Shown: in pieces, positions 8,557 to 16,189 of the stretch
How the letters are laid out: the number at the start of each line of letters is the position of its first letter
Numbering within the stretch: the first letter of the stretch is position 1
NCBI GenBank assembly: GCA_048939465.1
Contig: JBHLPL010000005.1
Span: 1 to 23,354, forward strand
Direction of reading: 5' to 3'
Source: Promethearchaeota archaeon
Lineage (GTDB): Archaea > Asgardarchaeota > Odinarchaeia > Odinarchaeales > JBHLKK01
DNA length: 23,354 nt
Translations under genes and position numbers: made by a program
Notes under the pieces: model-generated
What the model was told of the DNA's origin: nothing
The model's input: the letters and a program-made list of their open reading frames with translations, nothing else
Database searches by the model: none

Positions 8557-9876
8557 TCAACACACACCTTCCTTGAGTTTGGTAGATTTCAAGTATTTGC
8601 CGAGTATCTTTAGGGAGCAATATGGACCGCACATAGTGCATGTCTCTTGTTCACCGATATTCTTTCTTTTATATATCTTACTGGCTTTTTCAGGGTCCAG
8701 CGCCAACTCTATGGTTTTCTCCAAATCAAGGTTTGACCGTGCTTTAGATATGTCGAGATCTAATTGCATTGGCATTTCTCCACGTTTCGCGATATCAACC
8801 GCATGGGCCGCTATTTTTGTCGCTATAACTCCTTCTTTCACATCTTCAATAGTTGGAAGACCCAGGTGTTCAGACGGAGTTACATAACACAGAAAATCGG
8901 CCCCGGCGAGTCCTGCCAAAGCGCCTCCTATTGCAGCAACTATATGATCGTAGCCAGGGGCAATATCAGTAACAAGCGGTCCCAACACATAAAAAGGTGC
9001 CCCGTCACATACATTTTTCTGTAGTTCCACATTTGCTTTAATTTGATTAAGAGGAATATGTCCTGGACCCTCGACAATGGTCTGAACATTTACGTCCCTT
9101 GAGCGTTTTACCAAATCCGAGATTGTTAATAATTCCTCAATTTGAGCCCAATCAGTCGCATCTTGTATGCATCCTGGACGCAGTCCATCGCCCAGGCTCA
9201 GTGTTAGATCGTATTCTTTTGCCAGCTCCAGTAGATAATCGAAATTAGAATAAAGCGGATTTTCCTTCTCATGATATAGTATCCAGGCGGCGTGGAACGT
9301 CCCTCCACGACTGACCATGTTAATTAACCTAGGGTGCATTACCAGACGTTCAATTATCCGCTTTATAACACCACAGTGCACAGTAACGAAGTCGATTCCA
9401 TCCTTTGCGTGTTTCTCTATGGCATTAAACATATCATCTTCGCTCATTTTAACAATAGCACCGTTCTTAGTTAACGCATCGATACCCGCTTGATATATAG
9501 GTACAGTACCCACCGGGACGTCTACCGCCTTCATTATCATCTTTCTCGTCTGATCAATATCACCACCGGTACTTAGATCCATTATAGTATCCGAGCCATA
9601 TTTCACAGCAACCTTGGCTTTTTCGACTTCTTCAGCCACATTGGCAACATCTTCAGATGTTCCTATGTTTGCATTTATCTTTGTGCTCAGTCCTTCACCG
9701 ATTCCAACGGGGCTCACATTTTCATGCATCAAATTGTGAACGATTACAGCCCTACCATTAGCTATCCTACGTCTAAGATGCTCAACGGGTATCTTTTCTT
9801 TTTCTGCGATCTCTTTCATTTCTTCGGTTATCACACCACGTTTTGCAAGCTCCATAACAGACGTCATACCGCACAC
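8557..9876 (-). CDS. thiC: Phosphomethylpyrimidine synthase ThiC family radical-SAM enzyme (start probably ATG 9867)
   Basis: KINANIGTS, DTIMDLSTGG, TVHCGV, VSRGG, LSLGDGLRPG, EGPGH, GYDHI, EHLGLP and C-terminal CTMCGPYC (CX2CX4C). The BzaA/B/F paralogs are not excluded. Confidence 0.88.
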   Translation of the reverse strand: MCGMTSVMELAKRGVITEEMKEIAEKEKIPVEHLRRRIANGRAVIVHNLMHENVSPVGIGEGLSTKINANIGTSEDVANVAEEVEKAKVAVKYGSDTIMDLSTGGDIDQTRKMIMKAVDVPVGTVPIYQAGIDALTKNGAIVKMSEDDMFNAIEKHAKDGIDFVTVHCGVIKRIIERLVMHPRLINMVSRGGTFHAAWILYHEKENPLYSNFDYLLELAKEYDLTLSLGDGLRPGCIQDATDWAQIEELLTISDLVKRSRDVNVQTIVEGPGHIPLNQIKANVELQKNVCDGAPFYVLGPLVTDIAPGYDHIVAAIGGALAGLAGADFLCYVTPSEHLGLPTIEDVKEGVIATKIAAHAVDIAKRGEMPMQLDLDISKARSNLDLEKTIELALDPEKASKIYKRKNIGEQETCTMCGPYCSLKILGKYLKSTKLKEGVC

Positions 9877-10007
9877 CTGTGGATAGTTTACTCAAATCTC
9901 TTAAAAATGTATCAAATTCTTAGAAAGCAAATCACGCGTTTATAAATCGATATGCAAAATGTTTATTAACACCGGAAGTGAATTACGGTTAATTCGGAGG
10001 CAGAACA

Positions 10008-10256
10008 ATGGAAAGACAGCCAATAAAGGTTCTAATGAAAGCGTTAAACAATCTTGTGCTTGTAAGACTAAAGAACCGTAAGGAATTTCGAGGAAGGCTT
10101 GTTGAAATCGATGTTTATATGAATCTTGTTTTGAACGGTGCCGAGGAAATGGAAGATGGCAAGCCCATTGCAAGATATGGAGAGGTGTTCATTCGAGGCA
10201 ACAATGTATTATTCATAAAACCGGATGTTACCGATGTTTTGAAGGGGGAGAAGTAG
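10008..10256 (+). CDS. Sm-like archaeal protein (SmAP/LSm)
   Basis: Sm1 VLVRLKNRKEFRGRLVEIDVYMNLVL and Sm2 YGEVFIRGNNV. Confidence 0.95.
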   Translation: MERQPIKVLMKALNNLVLVRLKNRKEFRGRLVEIDVYMNLVLNGAEEMEDGKPIARYGEVFIRGNNVLFIKPDVTDVLKGEK

Positions 10257-10271
10257 CCACCTATAGAGTAT

Positions 10272-12311
10272 TTAGTCTTCCTTTCTGTACTTGTATTCTC
10301 TAATCATTCGGCGGAAGGCTTCAGCAGTTTTCTCATATCTCCTTTCTTCAAGTTCCTTTTGAGAAATAAAGATTAGTCTCTCAAGTTTTTCCTTTTCCAC
10401 AACTGCAAATTCGCCTACGCGTTTTACATCTGCATCAGTTGTAGATATCACTGGGATACCTATTTCAAGGAATCTTTCTTTTGCCAAGTGAGACATGGGT
10501 GTCATTATCATAATGGCTTTGACGCATCTCTCAATCAAGGATTCTGCGGTCGACGAACCACCCCCACTCGCATCAAGAAACAAGACTATGTCTCCACGTT
10601 TTATTCCAAACTTCTCATCCACTTCAATTATGCTATTCTGAGCAAAAGAATCGATAACCTTTAGAGGAACAGCGTCACCTCTCGTTTCTAGGATTTTCAT
10701 GTTTCGTAAGTTTGACAGTTGGGTTTTTAATTCAGTTATTCTCTGTCCAAGTTGCAGAATCTCACTCTTTAATGTCTTAATTTCTGAATCGCGAATCGTA
10801 AATTCTCTCGTTTTTCTCAACTCTAAGGATTCCTTGGAGCGCTTTTCTTTTGCTTGTTCGTTCAGTTTTGAAATCTGATCCTTAAGTTGTTGATTTTCTT
10901 CCTCTAACTGTTCATTAAGTCTCGTAAGACCATTAATCTTTTTTCTCATTAGCGTCATTCTTTCAGTAACACGTTTCAATCTCTCTTCATAAGTAACCTT
11001 TTCTTTCTCTGGCACAGCAGGCGTTGGCTTCTCCTTATCAATTCTAGGAAGCATCTGCGCTATTACTGTCTTGATCGGAAGATTCCGTCTGATTACCTGA
11101 ACCCCAACTTCGTCATATGACAAATTCACACCTGTCTCCTTTACGTGCGCCTTTATCTTCTCAAACATGCCCCTGAAATTAGAATATGCCTTAATCGCTG
11201 AGGCGAGCGCATCACGTTGGTGAGAATCTGCCACCTTAATTCTCTTCTGTTTTATATATTGTTGAACAATTTCTTGTTTTTCTGCGACGGACAAGATCCT
11301 TGAGGGAGCATAAAGCCGAGCTTTCAGAGTATTAGCCAGTTTTTGCACGAAATCCGGAGTAGGAATAACATCTGTGGCAATAATAATAGCAGTTCCACGC
11401 TGGGAGACCATACGGACTATTTTGCTTCGAGAAAACATCTTTGTACTACGCAATGTCAGTATGTTGCCATCAAAATCTAGCATTGCAATTCCTATAGTCG
11501 TTCCCGGGTCGACTCCTACAATAAGGTTCTTTCGGAGTCTTTGAGGAGCTTCTTGGGCGGACAGGGGGAAGAATTCGAGATTCTCCCTTTTTATGGGAGA
11601 TATGCGAACATAGATATCCGGGCCCTTTTGCACTTTGAAAAACCTCAGAAGTTCTTCCTTATTTGAGTGCACAATAAATCTACTTCGATCCAACCCGAAA
11701 TCAGACTCTCTCTTCATGAAGTCAAAATCTAGCCCCTCATTCTCCAGCTTCTCTTTAATCTCCTTGGTAGCAGCTGATACTAGTGCATGAAGTCTTCGGC
11801 GCCATCGTGTTTGACTCCAACCTCCTGGACCAAGACTTCTTGCCCGAGATATTGTTATTTGGGTTTCATTCTCGAACGCCGAAACCGCGTATCCTACATT
11901 CTTTGCAGCAAGTTTTGCTACAATTTCCGCAGTCTGTAGTGGAGTAGGTTTTCCGGATATGGATATACCATACTTGGGGGCTATGACACTCAAAGGTTGC
12001 ATTCCATGAGTTGGAGAGCCGGTTACCTGTACAAGACTGGTTTTGGGTGGGAGTCTTGATAAAAAAGACATTAATTTTCTCTTGCTTGGCAAGACCTCAA
12101 AGATGTTATCTATAGCTATGATGGCGGGTTTAGAATTGTTTATAAGCTTGAAAAGTTTTGATGAACTGACCTTATCCTGGGCTTCAACTATATTTCCATT
12201 TTTCATTAAGACAAGCGCGTATTTCGGGGGGGATTTTGACAAAGGAGATTGGCCTGGAAGTATATCGATACCTATTATTGTTGTATCGCACATCTCAACT
12301 ATATTCCTCAC
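10272..12311 (-). CDS. DUF460 (COG2433) protein with RNase H-like segments and a long coiled coil
   Basis: IIGIDILPG at the N-terminus, LIVGVDPGTTIGIAMLD, SHQRDALASA, coiled coil at about aa 440-540. Confidence 0.85.
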   Translation of the reverse strand: MRNIVEMCDTTIIGIDILPGQSPLSKSPPKYALVLMKNGNIVEAQDKVSSSKLFKLINNSKPAIIAIDNIFEVLPSKRKLMSFLSRLPPKTSLVQVTGSPTHGMQPLSVIAPKYGISISGKPTPLQTAEIVAKLAAKNVGYAVSAFENETQITISRARSLGPGGWSQTRWRRRLHALVSAATKEIKEKLENEGLDFDFMKRESDFGLDRSRFIVHSNKEELLRFFKVQKGPDIYVRISPIKRENLEFFPLSAQEAPQRLRKNLIVGVDPGTTIGIAMLDFDGNILTLRSTKMFSRSKIVRMVSQRGTAIIIATDVIPTPDFVQKLANTLKARLYAPSRILSVAEKQEIVQQYIKQKRIKVADSHQRDALASAIKAYSNFRGMFEKIKAHVKETGVNLSYDEVGVQVIRRNLPIKTVIAQMLPRIDKEKPTPAVPEKEKVTYEERLKRVTERMTLMRKKINGLTRLNEQLEEENQQLKDQISKLNEQAKEKRSKESLELRKTREFTIRDSEIKTLKSEILQLGQRITELKTQLSNLRNMKILETRGDAVPLKVIDSFAQNSIIEVDEKFGIKRGDIVLFLDASGGGSSTAESLIERCVKAIMIMTPMSHLAKERFLEIGIPVISTTDADVKRVGEFAVVEKEKLERLIFISQKELEERRYEKTAEAFRRMIREYKYRKED

Positions 12312-12395
12312 TTCTCCTTCTCAGGTCTTTACCAGAGGATGCGAAGCAAAACTGTTGACTTTTATTAATTTGCCGATACTCGTGCCACAATTCAT

Positions 12396-12960
12396 CTATC
12401 CTGCCATAATATTCTCAGTGACGATTTTAGAGTCTCTTTTTTCATCATATTTTCTCCTGAAATACTTCAACACATTCTTAATGTCCCGTTCAAGACGAAA
12501 TTTCCAATCTCTGTTGAGTCTTACATCAATCCATTGACCCCAATCCATTATAAGAATGTCTGTAGGAGGGGTTACTAGAATATTGAATTCGCTTAGATCT
12601 CCGTGTGCAGCATCTGCTTCATTGTGAGCTAATGAGACCTTATCAATTATGCAATCAAGTATCTCGGAGGGTGCAGGAAGACTCTTACACCAATGGAGCT
12701 CGGCACCTTCAATAGCACTCATAACGATCACGTGCCTATCTTGTGCAGTGGACACAGATACAACAACTCCCGCATCGTGCACACGACTTAGGGTCGGATA
12801 CTCTCTTTTTGCTGCCAATATTGACAGCTCAAACCATGATTTGGATGGTCATCTTGCAACACAATCACGATACCTTCTTATGTGCTTAAAGCGAGGTCTT
12901 TTTTTGACAGCCTCTTGGCTATTTCGATGGCCCCCAAGAACGCTGACCTCTGAAGTTCTT
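12396..12960 (-). pseudogene. rio2: Degenerate RIO2-type atypical Ser/Thr kinase
   Basis: The C-lobe is kept (AAKREY, RHVIVM, HGDLSEFNIL, DWGQW, ERDIKNVLKYFRRKY). Upstream in the same frame FKHIRRYRDCVAR*PSKSWFELS has a TGA at 12851-12849, and one extra base (12891) separates KTS from F. No P-loop or catalytic Lys is visible. Confidence 0.8.
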
Positions 12961-13109
12961 TACTATAGATTACAGTCTGAAAGAAAATATGATAGTTGAC
13001 TTAATGCTTTTATGGGTTATATCGGAAGTGGTAGAGTACTTTAAATCATCTAATTAAAGATGTTGGCATATTCTAAATAGTATAATATTTACGCTAATCT
13101 TTATGTGAA

Positions 13110-13140
13110 TAGATAACTTTATAAGTGATTGTACAACAGA
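13110..13140 (+). promoter_or_regulatory. Putative TATA box with downstream palindrome for the ArsR gene
   Basis: TTTATAAG at 13118-13125 followed by the palindrome TTGTACAA at 13129-13136 in an AT-rich gap. Confidence 0.3.
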
Positions 13141-13187
13141 TATTCTCGCAATTAAACTAAATAGATAATTAGCTGATTAGTGGTGGG

Positions 13188-13469
13188 TTGGTCATGCAGG
13201 AGGTAGATATCAAAGAGAAGGATGTCACAAAAGTTGCCAAGGCATTGGCCTCAGTAACACGATGGGAGATACTAAAACTTCTTAGAGATAAGAAAATGGA
13301 CATAAGTAGGATAGCCGAGGCTTTAGGACAGACTGAGGCCAACATTAGCGCTCAAGTGAAGATTCTTGAAAAAGCAGGGTTAATCCGATCCTACTATGAG
13401 CCAGGAGAACACGGGGTTAGAAAGGTTTGTGAGGTCGCGCTTAAACGTTTGGTAATTAATGTGAAATAG
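13188..13469 (+). CDS. ArsR/SmtB-family winged-helix transcription regulator
   Basis: KALASVTRWEILKLL...ISRIAEALGQTEANISAQVKILEKAGLI...PGEHGVRK. Confidence 0.9.
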   Translation: MVMQEVDIKEKDVTKVAKALASVTRWEILKLLRDKKMDISRIAEALGQTEANISAQVKILEKAGLIRSYYEPGEHGVRKVCEVALKRLVINVK

Positions 13470-13507
13470 GCAAAATCTCATGAAGGGGCTAGGAGCTTTT
13501 TTGGTCA

Positions 13508-15007
13508 TCACGAACTCCCTTCAAATCTTTTTGCCGCTTCTTCCAGCGTAAGGCTATGAGCAGGTTCTCTAGACTTTCTTCTTCTAATCTTGACGAATAC
13601 TGGATAGTTCACAGCCGCTCCTACAATCAATGCTTCTCCAACAGGCAAGGTACTTATCATTTTTAGACTTTCCCGAGTAATCTGCTCAGAGGAGGCCTTT
13701 ATGTGATCTAAATCATAGGGATTAGTTACCCGCAGAATAATATGAGTGTTACATTGGCTTAATACGGTCGTCGAAAGCCTGACCGGTCTTTGACTTATTA
13801 AACACAAGGAAGAATGGAATTTCCGCCCCTCACGAGCAACCGTTTCTATTATGTTCTTTGAAATAGCAGATGATATCTTGGCTTCCGGACAAAACTGATG
13901 AGCTTCTTCCAAGAAGATTACAAACGGTGCAATTTCACCTGCCTTCCTTAATGAGAAAAGACGCCATAAAAGATAGGCCACTATGATCTGTTTTTTCCGA
14001 AGACTAGTGGTTTCGCTAAGGTCCAGAATCAGGCACTTTCCAGGCTGGATGGTGCTTTTCAAATCAGGATTCTCTTCATACCCAAATAGACCTGTATTCT
14101 CGAGACCGTAGAGCCAACCCAAGAGCGCTTCCCTTGTTCTTACATTAATATGGTCATCAGCTTCAGTTGCTTTGATAACATTGGTAATGGAAAATGGTTT
14201 AGTTCCTTTGCCGACGTTGGACAAGATACGATCGAGCTCTCGTAGTTGAATTGGAGATATTTGCGGTTGGAACACACCATACATACCCGCCCTGAGCAAG
14301 GGGGTGGCTATTTGAACATATGGGCTCCTTATGACATCTACTCTATCTGAAAAATCTCCATCCGCGAAGACGGTGTATTCGCCGTGTACATCTATGACGA
14401 TTGTTGCTATTCTTCCCTGGTTTTCGTTCCGTGACAAAAGCTCCTCAATTAGAACCGAACTCAAGTAAGACTTCCCTCCACCAGACATAGCAAGAACAGC
14501 AACATGCTTCTGAAAAAGCTTTGTTATATTTAATCGAGCCGAAACCTCATGGTATCTAATATTTCCTATGTCCAACCCCCTATCGGAATCTAGTCCTAGA
14601 AATTGAGTCAGAATGCTCTCCTCAGCAAGATATACTTTTTCGCCCGGCGAAGGGGGAAAGCTCACCCTATCAATACTACCATTCGCAAAAACACCCATCG
14701 GAAGCGCCTTGGCAAGAACAAATTCCCATCTGTCGGCAGGAAAAATCGTGGATAATGGATGACCGCCTCGTTCATACTCACGAACAGACTCCGCCCTACT
14801 GAAATAACGATTGGATTTTATGATCTCGGTTACCATGCCAACTAGCATGCCGTCCTCGGATTTAATGCATATAAACTGACCAGTCCTGACGGGAATTGCG
14901 GTGGCGTTATTAGTTACAACGAAACTAAATTCTGTAGCACTAGGTCCATCAAAGGTGCACACTAACGTTCCAACCTCGTTTGAAGAAATATCATTCTTTC
15001 TTGACAT
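13508..15007 (-). CDS. herA: HerA-family ATPase/helicase (HAS barrel plus FtsK/HerA ATPase)
   Basis: Walker A AMSGGGKS, Walker B IFLEEAHQF, AREGRKF, ISQRP, N-terminal beta-barrel. Confidence 0.88.
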   Translation of the reverse strand: MSRKNDISSNEVGTLVCTFDGPSATEFSFVVTNNATAIPVRTGQFICIKSEDGMLVGMVTEIIKSNRYFSRAESVREYERGGHPLSTIFPADRWEFVLAKALPMGVFANGSIDRVSFPPSPGEKVYLAEESILTQFLGLDSDRGLDIGNIRYHEVSARLNITKLFQKHVAVLAMSGGGKSYLSSVLIEELLSRNENQGRIATIVIDVHGEYTVFADGDFSDRVDVIRSPYVQIATPLLRAGMYGVFQPQISPIQLRELDRILSNVGKGTKPFSITNVIKATEADDHINVRTREALLGWLYGLENTGLFGYEENPDLKSTIQPGKCLILDLSETTSLRKKQIIVAYLLWRLFSLRKAGEIAPFVIFLEEAHQFCPEAKISSAISKNIIETVAREGRKFHSSLCLISQRPVRLSTTVLSQCNTHIILRVTNPYDLDHIKASSEQITRESLKMISTLPVGEALIVGAAVNYPVFVKIRRRKSREPAHSLTLEEAAKRFEGSS

Positions 15008-15018
15008 GAAGTTACATC

Positions 15019-16182
15019 TCAGAACGGTTTTTTCTCCCTTCTTAGTCTCAACATGGAAGGGGACAAACCAACACGCTCAATAAGTCGCTCATAGATAATA
15101 TCCAAATCGCTTTCTAGGAGTCTTGCTTGGGTGTCGGCTTCAACCAAGACCGTCGGTAGCCCGTATTCTGCATGGTGTGACGACAAGGGTAAAATGACGG
15201 AGGCTAGTTTTTCTGCTACTTTACCAGTATCATTGCCAAACGTTAGGAATTCTATGCGAAGGGGACGATCATATTCCACGGTCTTCAAATAGAAAGCATG
15301 CAATTGCTTGGGCCAGTTCTTGTTCTCAAAATCCCGTAATGTGAGGTTTTGCTTAAAATTCTTAGAATAACTAAAGATGAAGCTCCTTTCTCCAATATCC
15401 AAGACGCGATACAGGAGATCCGTATCCCTGATACGGAGGATTGTTTTTCGATAATCAAGCTTTAGAAGCTTTCTTAGGGAAGGTATCTGATTCATGAGGT
15501 GAGGGATAATACTGCCCAGAATCTGTGCAAACCTTGTACTTCGGCTGTCTTTTACAACACCGCATAAAAGGGTGCTTTGCTTTTCACATTTGCTGTAGAG
15601 CTTTTCATAAAGTCCAATCAAAGTCGTATATTTGGGCAAAATTGTGGAACTAGCCTGCGGCCTATCACTTGGGATAGGTGTGATGGACCCGTCCATAAAA
15701 AGAATATCAAGATGACGAAAATCAAGAACTTGTATGGCGGCGTTCAGCTCGCTCCTTATCCGTTCCAAAGAGGTATTCAGCTCGAAGTCAAATAGCGACA
15801 AGGGTTCCAGATTTGAGATTATCTGGGGGGAAGGGCACTCTTCAGGATAATACTCTACGAATGGCGTTCCTCGTTTATCGAAGTCAAATATGACTGCTAT
15901 CGCTCTAGTAATGATTAGGTCTATACCATGGAATGACCGGCCCACAACACCTCCGTCAACTGCACCGACCCGCAATCCACCTAAGTTTGTTGGAGAAACT
16001 CTGCAAAATAACCGATTTTCCAAGATATCGGAAAAACCAGCTCGGAGGTTCGATAAATCAATTTGGTTTTTTGCATCTTTGATACTACTCGCTAGCTTGG
16101 ACTTGTCCTTCTCGATTCTTCGAATTTCTGCAGCAATAGTGTTTACAGTAGCCCACATGTTTGTATCGCCGGAGTTAGACAT
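15019..16182 (-). CDS. nurA: NurA-family nuclease
   Basis: GAVDGG, MDGSI, GVVKDS, GLPTVLVEAD. Start set at ATG 16182 after a GAGGT RBS that overlaps the pyrG stop (the track starts at 16209). Confidence 0.88.
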   Translation of the reverse strand: MSNSGDTNMWATVNTIAAEIRRIEKDKSKLASSIKDAKNQIDLSNLRAGFSDILENRLFCRVSPTNLGGLRVGAVDGGVVGRSFHGIDLIITRAIAVIFDFDKRGTPFVEYYPEECPSPQIISNLEPLSLFDFELNTSLERIRSELNAAIQVLDFRHLDILFMDGSITPIPSDRPQASSTILPKYTTLIGLYEKLYSKCEKQSTLLCGVVKDSRSTRFAQILGSIIPHLMNQIPSLRKLLKLDYRKTILRIRDTDLLYRVLDIGERSFIFSYSKNFKQNLTLRDFENKNWPKQLHAFYLKTVEYDRPLRIEFLTFGNDTGKVAEKLASVILPLSSHHAEYGLPTVLVEADTQARLLESDLDIIYERLIERVGLSPSMLRLRREKKPF

Positions 16183-16189
16183 TTTTACC

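Noticed and set aside
12318-12400. Possible C/D box sRNA between rio2 and DUF460 (TAGATGA ... CCTGA, minus strand)
   Set aside because: Box C is imperfect and overlaps the rio2 stop, the span is long, there are no clear C'/D' boxes, and I cannot verify guide complementarity.
12840-12900. BHB introns as an explanation for the RIO2 lesions
   Set aside because: The lesions are a 1-nt insertion, a point stop and an apparent deletion; no removable segment with BHB geometry was found.
12043-12999. Plus-strand ORFs 12043-12537 and 12649-12999, and similar shadow ORFs elsewhere (e.g. 2118-2441, 4211-4498, 15890-16195, 17459-17818, 20092-20490)
   Set aside because: Antisense or alternate-frame overlaps of well-supported genes, with no recognisable motifs.
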